Of a DNA stretch of 64,000 nt, positions 1 through 9,628 are shown in pieces. The stretch covers positions 17,302-81,301 of the forward strand of contig JAXMBI010000030.1 in assembly GCA_046349955.1 (NCBI GenBank), read 5' to 3'. Numbering within the stretch: the first letter of the stretch is position 1; every line of letters starts with the position of its first letter. The translations under genes and the position numbers were made by a program. Origin of the DNA: Pirellulales bacterium (GTDB lineage: Bacteria > Planctomycetota > Planctomycetia > Pirellulales > JBGAPH01). The notes under the pieces are model-generated. The model was given only the letters and a program-made list of their open reading frames with translations. It did no database searches and had not been told where the DNA came from.

Positions 1-273
1 CTGAGCAGTCGCCCGGTCGCCGAAGAATTCGAGCTGCCGGGCGAGCGCCGTTGCGAAGCCTGTGGGCAGGCAATCCCCGCGGAGCGCGTGGCGGCGCTCC
101 CTAAGGTCACGTTCTGCGCCAAGTGCGCGGGCGCCATGGAGCGCGGCGGGGCGCCGGGACCGGCCGAGTATTGCCCCCGCTGCGGTTCGCTCATGGAGTT
201 GCGCCCGAGCCGCGGCGCCGGCATCACGCGGTATGAATTGCGCTGCACGGCCGGTGCCCGCTGCGGACGCTGA
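1..273 (+). CDS. TraR/DksA-family C4 zinc-finger protein, C-terminal part (5' end outside window)
   Basis: Frame 1 is open from base 1. The translation ...GERRCEACGQAIPAERVAALPKVTFCAKCAG... gives CxxC-x17-CxxC, typical of TraR/DksA zinc fingers. A second Cys ribbon (CPRC ... CTAGARC) follows. The stop codon is at 271-273. Confidence 0.6.
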   Translation: MSSRPVAEEFELPGERRCEACGQAIPAERVAALPKVTFCAKCAGAMERGGAPGPAEYCPRCGSLMELRPSRGAGITRYELRCTAGARCGR

Positions 274-300
274 TTCCTTCGAGACGACAGGCAAGGCGCC

Positions 301-786
301 ATGGCGCGTGACAGCGAATCTCGCGAAGACCTGATGCGCGAGGCGACTGCGCTCGTGGTCCGCTGCGAACTCACGTTGCCGCACGAACCCGAGTCCATCG
401 TCGTCGGCTTTCGCGCCGATGGATGCGGCAGCGTCTACTGGGGCGAAGAGCCGGCCTATCACTTCAATACGCGCTGCGAGTTGCGCAGAGCCTATGTCAG
501 GGGCCTGCTGTTCAAGGCCGAAGGGGGACGGCTGGTGAGCTTGCGGCGCGAGCGGAGCGGGGGCCAGGTTTCGCTCGTGCGGCACGAGCTCGACGACTCG
601 GAACAGCAAACGCTGCTGGAGGCACTAGCGGCGCGGCAGGAGCGACTGCTGGCAGCTCTCCAAACGGGGCAGGCCGCGCTGGTTCGCCAGGTTCCGGAAG
701 CGGGCGAGGTGCGCGAGCGCGTGTGTCTCTGGCTCGCCTCGCTTCCGCGGCCAATCGGCGTTGCCATCGGGCCGCACGCTCGCTAA
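301..786 (+). CDS. hypothetical protein (161 aa)
   Basis: ATG-initiated ORF starting 28 nt after the preceding stop, with high GC3. The competing overlapping ORFs are Arg/Ala/Gly-rich shadows. I recognise no motif. Confidence 0.55.
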   Translation: MARDSESREDLMREATALVVRCELTLPHEPESIVVGFRADGCGSVYWGEEPAYHFNTRCELRRAYVRGLLFKAEGGRLVSLRRERSGGQVSLVRHELDDSEQQTLLEALAARQERLLAALQTGQAALVRQVPEAGEVRERVCLWLASLPRPIGVAIGPHAR

Positions 787-876
787 TCTCCCGCCCCGCG
801 AGGGCGCTCTGGGGACGCTGAGTTCGACCGGGGCGGCCCGTTCGCCCTGTTCGCGATAATTTTTTCGAAGCTGCTA

Positions 877-905
877 TTGACCGGTCCGGGGGGCCTCAGT
901 ATTTA
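877..905 (+). promoter_or_regulatory. candidate sigma70-like promoter upstream of the secretin gene
   Basis: TTGACC (877-882), a 17-nt spacer, then TATTTA (900-905), preceded by the AT-rich stretch GATAATTTTTTCGAAG. It sits about 215 nt upstream of the start codon. The promoter consensus for this phylum is poorly defined. Confidence 0.25.
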
Positions 906-1121
906 TCCGCCTCTCTTCTGCCGGATTCGAGACCGCTATCGGGGCCGGGATAGGGAAATCAAGAGTTACGCCTCGCCAAGATGCGCGAGCTGAGTGCTGC
1001 GCCGTCGGGCATGGTCCGCAAGTCGAGAGCCAGCGAGTTTGCTCAAGGACGAGCAAGCAGGTTCTAGGCAGCCGACCAAGAGCGCCCGGCGGGCACCGCC
1101 AGCCTCACAAGGAGAGCCGTT

Positions 1122-4100
1122 TTGAACATGATGTCCAAGCTGTTCACCGGTGGTGTTGCCGTTAGCGTGGCGCTGGCCGCCATCCCGGCCCCGGCCAGCC
1201 CCACACGTTTTGCGGCCTCCGTCGCGCTGGCGACGCAAGCCGTGGGACAGGCGAGCAAGGCCAAAGAGTACGAGCGCCGCAAGGAAGCCGAACGGCTGCT
1301 GAAGACGGCGCGCGAAGCCTTGGCCGAGGGCAACCTCGAAACGGCCGAGTCGTACGTCTCGCGCGCCGAGGCCCTAGGGCTCACCTACTCGAAGCTGTTC
1401 CTCTTCGGCGACACGCCGCAAAAGGCCCGCCGGGACCTCGAGAAGCGCAAAACCGCGCTCGGACGCAAGTCCTCGAGCGAGGAGCCGGCCGAGAAGGCCG
1501 CGGCCCCGCGCTCGCGCTCGGAGCGAACCACACGGACCGGCGCCAAGAACTCCGATCCGTTTGGCGACGCCGACAGCGCAGGGGACGACAGCGAAACTCC
1601 CCCGCCGGTGCGGCGGCGCCCCGAGCCGCTCTCGCTCGATGGCGGCGCCGAAGAACAATTCATGCCCAACGAGCGTCCGGTGCGGCCTGCCCGCACCCCG
1701 GCGGCCGACGCCAGCGCCGACGGGAGTTCGTCGGACGCCCACTTGATCGCCGCGCGACGCTTCCTGGCCGTGGGCGACGTGGCGCAGGCCCGCCAGCGCG
1801 TCGCGCAGGCCCGCCAACTCGGCCTCGAGTACGCCGCGGGCGACGACAATCCTGATCAAATCGAAACCGCGCTGCGCGACTTCGAGGATCTGCAAGCCCG
1901 CTCCAAGACCGAAGGCGGCTCCGACGCGATGCGGCGGATGCACGCCACGCTGCTCGTGGATCAAGCTCAAGCGCTGCTTCGCTGGAAGCAGTACGACGAG
2001 GCCGAGCGGTTGGCTGAAGACGCCGCTCGCCTGACCAGTCGCGCTCCCGAACTGCAGGCTCGCCCCAAGCAACTGCTGACCCGCATCGCCCATGAGCGGC
2101 GCGCGAATGGTCAGTCTTCCGAGATGGCGGGCAATTCGCCCCCCGCGGCCTCGCCGGCCGCGGCCAAGACACGCGCTCTGCGGTTGGCGGCCGAGGCTCG
2201 CCTGGCCTTGGGCCAGGGCGACCTGGACCGCGCCGAGGGGCTGGTTCGCCAGGCCGAAGCCTTGCGCGTGCCGGAAACGCAGTTTGGCCCCGGCGAGGAT
2301 CGCCCGTCGTCGATTGCCCGCGCCATTCGCACGCGTCGCGGTCTGGAATCGTCGACCCCGGCGGCCGTCAACGACGGCTTGGTGCTGCCGACGGCCGGAA
2401 CCCGCGCTGGCGGCGCCGATCGCAAGGTCGAGCAATTGCTGTTCGATCCCTCGAAGGACCAAACGCGCAACGCCGCGGCGCAGGCCGACGAAGTTGTGCC
2501 GGGCGACGCCGACCCGCTCGCGGACGATCCGTTTAGCGACACGGCCCCGGCCGAGCAGCCGCCGCTTTTTGGCCCGCCGGATCAGCCGGCGCAGCCCTTG
2601 CCGTCGCAACCGGAGCCGGGCCAAGCGCTCGCGCCCCCGGCCGACGCCCTGAGCAATCCGGCTGAGCCGCCGCCGGTCGACCTGCCGGCCACGGAGGCCC
2701 CGATTCAAACCGCGCCGCCGGTGCAATTGCCGGCTGCCGAGCCGCAGCCCACCGAAAGTTTGGGACTGCAACTGTTCCGCGAAGGCGAGAAGGCCCTCAA
2801 GGCCCGCAACATCGACGCGGCCCTGAAAAACTTCCGCCAGGCCAACGAGCATCGGGCCGATCTCGACCCGGCCACGCTCGAGCGGCTCGACGGCCATCTG
2901 CAAATCCTCTCGCCGCCGGTGGAGCCCACGCCGCCGCCGACGGCCAATTCGGGCGATCTGATTAGCGACGCGGCTAAGCGGCAGCAATTGCTCTTCAAGC
3001 AAGTGTCGGCCGACCTGGCTCGCCAGCAAACGGAAGCCCGCAACCTGCGGGAGAACGATCCGAAGAAGGCCCTGGAACTGCTGACGCAGGCTAAGGCCCA
3101 GGTGACGGCCTCGGGGCTCGAGCCCCAGTATCGCGATCAACTGTTGCGGCGGTTGGAGATCAGCGTTCGCGACACCGAGCAGTACATCGCGGCCAATCGG
3201 GCCGACATCGAGTTGGCCGAACAGAACCAGGCCGTGCTCAACGACGTCGAACGCCGGCAACAGGTGCGCGTCGAGGTCGACGCTCGCCTGGCCAAGCTGG
3301 TCAACGACTACAACGAGTTGATGGACGAGCACCGCTACGCCGAGGCCGAAACCTTGGCTAAGAAGGCCAACGAGCTCGCTCCCGACCATCCGGTGGTGAA
3401 ACAGCTCCTGCTGCAATCGAAGTTCGTTCGCCGGCTCCGCCGCAACGAGGGAATTCTCGATCGCAAGGAAGACTCGGTCGCCTCGACGCTCATGGACGTC
3501 GACCAGGCCAGCGAGTTGACCGTGGGCGACGCCACGCCGCTGGTGTTCGACAAGAACTGGGATTCGCTCACGACGAGCCCCTTCCGCCGGCAGCAGGAAC
3601 AACGCCGCCGCCGCACCGAAAAGGAAATTCAGATCGAGCGCAAGCTCTCGAGCGAGGTCTCGATCAACTTCCGCGACAAGCCGCTCGGCGAGGTGATCGA
3701 TCACCTGGCCAAGGTCACGGGCGTTCCGATCGTCCTCGACCAGCTTGCCTTACAAGAGGAGGGCGTGGAGAGCGACGCCTTGGTGACGATTCCGCTCGAC
3801 ACGCCGATCTCGCTCAAGAGCGCTCTGAATCTGATTCTCGAGCCGCTCAAGCTGAGCTACATCATCAAGGATGAGGTGCTCAAGGTCACGAGCGAGCAGA
3901 AGCGCGACGGCGACCTCTATCCGCGAACCTACAACGTCGCGGACCTGGTGATCCCGATCCCGAACTTCGCTCCCACCGGCCGCCTTGGCCTGGCCGCCGC
4001 CCTGCAAGCGGGCATGGCCGACGCCGCGGTCACCTGGAACGGCGGCGCCTACGGCAACCTGGGCACGGGTGGCAGCAATCTGGGGTTCGCCAGCCAAGGC

Positions 4101-5408
4101 GACCAGGCGCTCGGCGCCTCGGGTACGCTGGCCCAGCCGGCGCCCGGGCCGAGCGACCGGCCCTACATGCAGCAGCCCGCCGCGACTGGTCCGGGCGGCC
4201 TCTCCGGCGGCTCTCAGGCTGACTTCGACACGCTCATCGACTTGATCGTAACCACCATCGCTCCCGACTCGTGGGACGAGGTGGGCGGTCCCGGCTCGAT
4301 CAGCCCCTTCCCCACCAACCTCAGCCTGGTCATCAGCCAGACGCAAGACGTGCATGAGCAGATCGTGGATTTGCTCGAGCAGTTGCGGCGGCTGCAAGAC
4401 TTGCAAGTGACGATCGAAGTGCGGTTCATCACGCTCGACGACAACTTCTTCGAGCGGATCGGCGTCGACTTCGACTTCAACATCGGCCCGGCCGTCACTC
4501 AGGCCGTGTTGGGCCAGAACCAGAACGCCAACTTCCAGCCTAGCCAGTCAGCCACGGTCGGTCTCACCAACGGCGTGGGCACCGGGCCCCCGACCTTCAC
4601 CAGCGACCTCGACCTGCAGTTCCGTCAGGGGAGTTTCGGCTCCACGGTGCCGCAGTTCGGTGGGTTCGACGCCGCGACGGCCGCCACCTTCGGGTTTGCC
4701 ATCCTGAGCGACATCGAAACCTTCTTCTTCGTGCAGGCAGCCCAGGGCGACACGCGCACCAACGTGCTCCAGGCGCCCAAGGTGACGCTGTTCAACGGAC
4801 AGCAGGCCAGCGTGAACGACACCGCACAGCAACCGTTCGTGATCAGCGTGATCCCCGTGGTGGGCGACTTCGCCGCCGCCCAGCAGCCGGTGATCGTCGT
4901 GCTGCCCGAAGGCACGCACCTCACGGTGCAGGCCGTGGTGTCGCCCGACCGCCGCTTCGTGCGGATGACGCTGGTGCCGTTCTTCAGCAACATCGGCGAC
5001 GTGCAGGAGTTCACCTTTACGGGGAGCCAAACCTCGGCCGACTCCGAGAGCACGACGAAGAACAACACCGACAACACGACGACCAACAGCAAGAGCGCGA
5101 ACACCAACCGCAATGGCACCACGGTGCAGTTGCCCACGTTCGCCTCGATCAGCGTGAGCACGACGGTCAGCGTGCCTGACGGCGGCACGATTCTGCTGGG
5201 CGGCATCAAACGCCTGCGGGAAGGCCGCACCGAACGCGGCGTGCCGATCATGTCGAAGCTGCCGTACGTGAACCGGTTGTTCAAAAACGTCGGTATTGGT
5301 CGCGAAACGCAAAGCCTGATGATGATGGTCACGCCGCGCATCATCATTCAGGAAGAGGAAGAGGCGAAGCTGGGAGTAACGCCCCCGCCCACGCCGCCTA
5401 CGCCGTAG
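1122..5408 (+). CDS. giant secretin (GspD/PilQ-superfamily outer-membrane channel) with a long TPR-like and Pro-rich N-terminal extension
   Basis: The N-terminus looks like a signal peptide (MNMMSKLFTGGVAVSVALAAIPAPA). About 800 aa of repeated helical A-x-x-A-L-x-x-G-(N/D)-L-x-x-A-E motifs and a P/A/Q-rich linker follow. Next is an STN/secretin-N-like module (VSINFRDKPLGEVIDHLAKVTGVPIVLD). The C-terminal secretin domain reads VTIEVRFITLDDNFFERIGVDF ... QAPKVTLFNGQQASV ... GVPIMSKLPYVNRLFKNVG ... LMMMVTPRII. AAGGAG lies 7 nt upstream of TTG 1122; ATG 1128 is an alternative start. Confidence 0.9.
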   Translation: MNMMSKLFTGGVAVSVALAAIPAPASPTRFAASVALATQAVGQASKAKEYERRKEAERLLKTAREALAEGNLETAESYVSRAEALGLTYSKLFLFGDTPQKARRDLEKRKTALGRKSSSEEPAEKAAAPRSRSERTTRTGAKNSDPFGDADSAGDDSETPPPVRRRPEPLSLDGGAEEQFMPNERPVRPARTPAADASADGSSSDAHLIAARRFLAVGDVAQARQRVAQARQLGLEYAAGDDNPDQIETALRDFEDLQARSKTEGGSDAMRRMHATLLVDQAQALLRWKQYDEAERLAEDAARLTSRAPELQARPKQLLTRIAHERRANGQSSEMAGNSPPAASPAAAKTRALRLAAEARLALGQGDLDRAEGLVRQAEALRVPETQFGPGEDRPSSIARAIRTRRGLESSTPAAVNDGLVLPTAGTRAGGADRKVEQLLFDPSKDQTRNAAAQADEVVPGDADPLADDPFSDTAPAEQPPLFGPPDQPAQPLPSQPEPGQALAPPADALSNPAEPPPVDLPATEAPIQTAPPVQLPAAEPQPTESLGLQLFREGEKALKARNIDAALKNFRQANEHRADLDPATLERLDGHLQILSPPVEPTPPPTANSGDLISDAAKRQQLLFKQVSADLARQQTEARNLRENDPKKALELLTQAKAQVTASGLEPQYRDQLLRRLEISVRDTEQYIAANRADIELAEQNQAVLNDVERRQQVRVEVDARLAKLVNDYNELMDEHRYAEAETLAKKANELAPDHPVVKQLLLQSKFVRRLRRNEGILDRKEDSVASTLMDVDQASELTVGDATPLVFDKNWDSLTTSPFRRQQEQRRRRTEKEIQIERKLSSEVSINFRDKPLGEVIDHLAKVTGVPIVLDQLALQEEGVESDALVTIPLDTPISLKSALNLILEPLKLSYIIKDEVLKVTSEQKRDGDLYPRTYNVADLVIPIPNFAPTGRLGLAAALQAGMADAAVTWNGGAYGNLGTGGSNLGFASQGDQALGASGTLAQPAPGPSDRPYMQQPAATGPGGLSGGSQADFDTLIDLIVTTIAPDSWDEVGGPGSISPFPTNLSLVISQTQDVHEQIVDLLEQLRRLQDLQVTIEVRFITLDDNFFERIGVDFDFNIGPAVTQAVLGQNQNANFQPSQSATVGLTNGVGTGPPTFTSDLDLQFRQGSFGSTVPQFGGFDAATAATFGFAILSDIETFFFVQAAQGDTRTNVLQAPKVTLFNGQQASVNDTAQQPFVISVIPVVGDFAAAQQPVIVVLPEGTHLTVQAVVSPDRRFVRMTLVPFFSNIGDVQEFTFTGSQTSADSESTTKNNTDNTTTNSKSANTNRNGTTVQLPTFASISVSTTVSVPDGGTILLGGIKRLREGRTERGVPIMSKLPYVNRLFKNVGIGRETQSLMMMVTPRIIIQEEEEAKLGVTPPPTPPTP

Positions 5409-5447
5409 CCGGCTCGGGCCAACGGCCTCACGCAAAAATCTCGATAC

Positions 5448-5479
5448 GGCCTGGCAGCGCTGCCAGGCCGTTTTTCTTT
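5448..5479 (+). terminator. rho-independent terminator after the secretin gene
   Basis: Perfect 9-bp stem GGCCTGGCA / TGCCAGGCC with a GCGC loop, followed by GTTTTTCTTT. It lies 40 nt after the stop codon. Confidence 0.75.
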
Positions 5480-5858
5480 GCGCCGGCGAAAGGAAGGGAG
5501 GGGAGACGGCGGTCGGCACAGCGAGGGTCGACAATGATCCCGACAGCGCGCTCGGCATGCTATCATCCGATGCGGCTGGGCCGCACGTCAGCCGTCGCCC
5601 CTTGAAACGAGCCGAGCTCCTCGTGCTGCGTCACAGCTAGACGATGGGGTTGGCGAGTGGCGGGGTGTACCCCGCCGTGCCGCGCGCTGAGGAAATCGAG
5701 GCCTCCTGTACCGCGAGCCGTGATTGATTCGCTGCCAATTCCCACGACAAGTTGGCTGTGATCGTCGCTTCACTCGCTGAAGGAGTTTGTCGCCGCGGTA
5801 AGCCGGCGGCTCGCTGGGCCATTTGCTCCTCCGTCATGCGGACCCGAAAACGAGCGGT

Positions 5859-6406
5859 GACAAAAGCGCTAGTCGTTATGGTTCAGAAGCCCCCATTCGT
5901 AGTAAGTGTCGTCGATGCCGTAGTGAATCGACAACACAAAGGCGACCAATGTGGCGAGGCAAACCACCGCGCCCAGCCAGTCGGTCCAGGTCGGGCGCCA
6001 TTGCGACCGCACTCAAGGCGTGCGTCACAAGGTAGGCTAGAAACAACCCGCCGGCCAAGCGCTCGGCCTCCAGCCAGCCTGCGAGGCCCGCCGGAAAATA
6101 TAGCGCGGCAGGCAGCAGCCAAACCACCTCGCCAAAACCCAGCCGGCCGCGGCGGCCCCGCAGGTATTGCGCGCCGATGATCGCGGGGCCTGCAATCATG
6201 CCGTTGGCGAACCAGGCAGCACAATAGAACGACTGCCAACGCCCCCCTTCGCCGGCGAGCGTGCCAGCGCGAGCGATCGCCAATCCCGCCGCCGCCGCGC
6301 CGGTGAAAATCAGGGCATCCAGAATCGTCGGCCGACGAAACCGCCGGGCTGGCTCGTGTGCTTGAGTGGCTGGCTGATCGTTCATAGGCGGCTCCTGCGC
6401 AGTCAT
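5859..6406 (-). pseudogene. small integral membrane protein with an apparent frameshift (pseudogene or sequencing error)
   Basis: ORF 5876..6406 encodes TM-like segments and then, about 40 codons before its stop, turns into a low-GC3 Arg/His-rich tail. An adjacent frame from about 6012 to the stop at 5859-5861 has high GC3 and reads ...WTDWLGAVVCLATLVAFVLSIHYGIDDTYYEWGLLNHND, a clean TM helix. A TGA at 6013-6015 blocks that frame further upstream, so the frame switch must lie within about 5975-6012. Confidence 0.5.
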
Positions 6407-6439
6407 TGAGCTCGATCCAAGTCAGGGCGCACATCGCAG

Positions 6440-9010
6440 CTACTGTCCCGGCCCGGCAATCCGGCGCAGCCCTTCATGCGCGGCGTCTCGTGCTTCGGCG
6501 AACGCATCGTGCTCGAGTCGCTCGAGTTGCGGTTTGGCCACCTCGGCCTTTGGGCCCAAGTTGCCGAGGGTTCGAGCGGCCGACACGCGGACGGCCAGGT
6601 GGTCGTCGCTAAGCCGCGCGATGAGCGCCGAGACGGTCGCTGGCCGATCGTCGGACAAGCGACCGAGCGCCGTTGCAGCAGCGGCGCGCACGCGGAACGC
6701 GGGATCGGTCAAAGCCGTCGCCAGTTCATCGGCCGCAGGCAGGGCCGCGGCGCCGATGCCGCCAAGCGCGGTTGCGGCCCCCTCGCGCACGCGGCGGTTT
6801 TCGTCGTGCAGTCCTGCCCGCAAGCCTGGCACGGCGGGCTCGCCAATGGCCACTAAGGCCTTAACCGCGGCTTCGGCATCGCCAATACTTTGGCCTGCGT
6901 TCCCGAAGGCTTGAGTGACACAGTACCAGTCCTCCGAGCCGAGCATCTGGACCAGGCCGGGAACCGCGGGCGCGGCGGCAGGACCCAGCCGCGCGATAAC
7001 CTCGGCGACGCCCTGGGGCAGATCGTCCCGGCAAATCCGCGCGAGCGTCTGAATCACCGGCGGGCCGACCAAGCCCACTTCGACTAGCAGCTTGGCGCAA
7101 GCGAATTGCTCCGTCGCAGTTTCCTCTCTCCCTTTCCCCTCCGCCTGTTCCGAAAGTCCCGCGACCAGATCCTTTTCTGCGGCCTGAGCTTTTGGGCCGA
7201 GATTCCGCCAAGTCAAGGTCGCGTCGTCGTACTCGGGTGCATGCAACAGCATAGGGCCTGGACCGCGCAACGCCGCAGCCAGGCTGCGCACGGCAACCTG
7301 ATCGCCGGGATCGATCTTGACCAGAGCCGCCGCCCAGACGGCCTTATAGCTCGCGTGAAAGTGGCCGTTGAGCAGACGGCGCAACGTCGGCGAAATACTC
7401 GCTGCGCGAGTGCCCATGTCGCCCAGCGCCCTGACGAGCAATTCATCGACAGACTCGTCGGATTTCAACTCGAGTTCGAGAATCTCGAACAACCCCGGAT
7501 GATCAGGGTTGATCTTCGCGAGCGCGCACGCTGCCAAACGTCGCTTGGCCGGATCGGACACCAGGGGCTCGATCGCAGGAATTAGCTTCTTGCCTAGCGG
7601 CCCCAGCCTCCGGATCAATTCGAGCGCGGGACGCTCGATGCGGCGATCGATCACGATCTGCTCCAGCAGCGCCGCAGCGAGTTGATCTTGGGCCGGATTG
7701 AGCCGTTCGATCGCGTCGAGCGCCTGCTCGCCTGCTTCGTCGTTGAGCAGTCGCACCAACTGAGGGACCGCAGGCATCGCCGGCGGGCCCATTTGCCCCA
7801 AGCTATCGGCCGCGACGCCGCGCACAAAACTCTCCTGGTCGTTGAGCAGCGCAACGACCTCGGCAACAGCCGCAGCGTCGGCCTTCATGCGGCCAAGTTG
7901 TTGGACCGCGAGCGCGCGCACGATCCGATCTTTGTCATGCAACGCCCGCACGAGCGCTGGGCGCGCAGGTTCCCCGATCCTGCCCATGGCCGCGGCTGCA
8001 TGTTTGCCGACAATCCAGCCTCGATGAATGCCAGGCACAAAGTGCGACTGAGTGTCGCGAAGCGATCTCTCGAGAGGCTCCAGCGCGGTTGCCGCGCCCG
8101 CTCCCATGGCCCCCAAAGCGTCGGCCGCCGCGATTCGTTCGCCAAACACCGGACTGTCGAGCGCGCGGATCAACGCCGGAATCGCGACGGTTGCTTCTGG
8201 CCCGATCTTAGCCAATCGCTCGATGCCCGCATCGTGGTCATCGACGCTTGGGAATTCGCCGCTCGCGGGATTCGGAATAAAGATTTCGACGAGCGAAAGG
8301 AGCACCGGCACAAGTTTGTCGGCCGGCTCATCCAGTTCCCACAGCGACTCGGCGGCTGCTCCCTTCACGTCGGCAGACGCATCGCTGAGCAGAGATCGCA
8401 GCGCCTGGACAACGTCGTCGCGGCGAGCGGGCGTGACGGCGCCTAGAGCTTGCGCCGCCGCGGCCCGCACCTCCGCGGCTGGATCGCAGCAAGCGACCAA
8501 CAACGAGTCGATTGCAGATTTCGCTTTGAATCCCTGATCTTCGAGCAACTCCGCCGCCATTCTTTGCTGCTCGACGTCAGAAGCAGCGAGCGCCGCCGGC
8601 AGAGCCTCGATCGCCGCTTGATTCCCAGGCTCGCGATTGAGAATCGCTCGGGCGACCGTCACGCGAACGCCGGCGTTGGGGTATTCGAGAAGCACGCGGA
8701 GTTCGGCCGGAATCGTCTCGTTGCTCGGCGCAATGGTGGAGATGACGTCGAGCGCCACGCCTCGCGTTTCGGCGTCGGCGGTGGCAGCCAGATCGACCAC
8801 CAGCGGCAAGTGGTCGAGCGCGTCCTCGCGGCCTTCGTATAGATCGCTCAGACCCTCGAGCCGAACGTCGGGATCGGAACTATGGAGCTTTTCGAGCACC
8901 GAAGCCTGCGACTTTTCGACGGCGTCGTCCGGCTCATCGTCTTGCGTTTTGCCTACAGCGACCAGGCAGCCCGCAATTGCCAACGCCAAGAGAACGGCTC
9001 GGGGGTGCAT
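6440..9010 (-). CDS. HEAT-repeat (PBS-lyase-type) lipoprotein, 856 aa
   Basis: The N-terminus MHPRAVLLALAIAGC has a lipobox-like IAGC. There are more than 15 recurrences of the D-x-x-x-(V/R)R-x-x-A-A-x-(A/S)LG motif, for example DPAFRVRAAAATALGRL, DENRRVREGAATALGGIG, DHLAVRVSAARTLGNLG and ESFVRGVAADSLGQMG. Confidence 0.85.
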   Translation of the reverse strand: MHPRAVLLALAIAGCLVAVGKTQDDEPDDAVEKSQASVLEKLHSSDPDVRLEGLSDLYEGREDALDHLPLVVDLAATADAETRGVALDVISTIAPSNETIPAELRVLLEYPNAGVRVTVARAILNREPGNQAAIEALPAALAASDVEQQRMAAELLEDQGFKAKSAIDSLLVACCDPAAEVRAAAAQALGAVTPARRDDVVQALRSLLSDASADVKGAAAESLWELDEPADKLVPVLLSLVEIFIPNPASGEFPSVDDHDAGIERLAKIGPEATVAIPALIRALDSPVFGERIAAADALGAMGAGAATALEPLERSLRDTQSHFVPGIHRGWIVGKHAAAAMGRIGEPARPALVRALHDKDRIVRALAVQQLGRMKADAAAVAEVVALLNDQESFVRGVAADSLGQMGPPAMPAVPQLVRLLNDEAGEQALDAIERLNPAQDQLAAALLEQIVIDRRIERPALELIRRLGPLGKKLIPAIEPLVSDPAKRRLAACALAKINPDHPGLFEILELELKSDESVDELLVRALGDMGTRAASISPTLRRLLNGHFHASYKAVWAAALVKIDPGDQVAVRSLAAALRGPGPMLLHAPEYDDATLTWRNLGPKAQAAEKDLVAGLSEQAEGKGREETATEQFACAKLLVEVGLVGPPVIQTLARICRDDLPQGVAEVIARLGPAAAPAVPGLVQMLGSEDWYCVTQAFGNAGQSIGDAEAAVKALVAIGEPAVPGLRAGLHDENRRVREGAATALGGIGAAALPAADELATALTDPAFRVRAAAATALGRLSDDRPATVSALIARLSDDHLAVRVSAARTLGNLGPKAEVAKPQLERLEHDAFAEARDAAHEGLRRIAGPGQ

Positions 9011-9139
9011 ATTCGGCCTCGAGAAATCGGCGAGTCGGCGGAGAAGACCTCGACCCTCTCATTCTCATCCTGCCGCAGCGCCCGGGCAATCGCGGCCGGA
9101 TGAAGGATGTGCAAGGTCGCCCAGATTGCGCGCCAGCGT

Positions 9140-9538
9140 TCAACCTCCGACTCGGTTTGCATTCGACCGCTCGCCGGCAAGCACAACCCAACGGATCGCA
9201 AAAACGTACGGCGCGAGCATCGCCCAGGCCAGTAGCCGCGCTGCCTGGTCTGACAACATGCCCAGCAAGGACAGACCGCAAATCGCCGACACAAAGCACA
9301 GCACGCCAATGTTGCACGCTAGTACTCGCTTCCCCACCTCCGGCTCGCGGCGTCGCGGCAGGCCAGCCAAGTCCAAAAGGGCTAGCAAGGTGGCAAACGC
9401 AAGGGATAACCTGCCGAAGGCAGCGGTCTCTTGCCCCGGCCAAAGCGACGAGATCCATGCGATCGCCGCAAAGCAGGTCGTTAGACCGAACATGGTCAGA
9501 ATCGAAAACGCCCAAGGTCGCGCACCGCGTTCTCGCAT
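9140..9538 (-). CDS. hypothetical membrane protein (132 aa)
   Basis: Four hydrophobic helix-length segments (FSILTMFGLTTCFAAIAWI, LSLAFATLLALLDLAGL, IGVLCFVSAICGLSLLGML, LLAWAMLAPYVFAIRWVVL). GC3 is acceptable. I recognise no family motif. Confidence 0.55.
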   Translation of the reverse strand: MRERGARPWAFSILTMFGLTTCFAAIAWISSLWPGQETAAFGRLSLAFATLLALLDLAGLPRRREPEVGKRVLACNIGVLCFVSAICGLSLLGMLSDQAARLLAWAMLAPYVFAIRWVVLAGERSNANRVGG

Positions 9539-9628
9539 GGTGACTAACCCTCGAAACGGTCGATTCTAGTGGATCACTTCTCTCTTGGCTAATCCAGGTG
9601 CCGCCCTTCGAGCGACATAGAATCCAGT

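Noticed and set aside
1374-3704. 776-aa minus-strand ORF inside the secretin gene
   Set aside because: It is antisense to a gene with clear domain content. Its product is Arg/Gly/Ala/Leu-rich low complexity with no motifs. It is a typical stop-codon-poor shadow frame in GC-rich DNA.
5689-5706. GAGGAAATCGAGGCCTCC, reminiscent of the RNase P RNA motif GAGGAAAGUCCGGGCUCC
   Set aside because: It is only a partial match. The other universally conserved RNase P blocks (for example ACAGAACCCGGCUUA) are absent from the surrounding about 470 bp of non-coding DNA.
5637-5837. 66-aa minus-strand ORF (MTEEQMAQRAAGLPRRQ...) downstream of the frameshifted membrane gene
   Set aside because: It has many A/T-ending codons (caa, tta, act, tca, agt, gaa, aat, gta, att), unlike the strongly GC3-biased genes here. 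It has no motif. It is probably non-coding.
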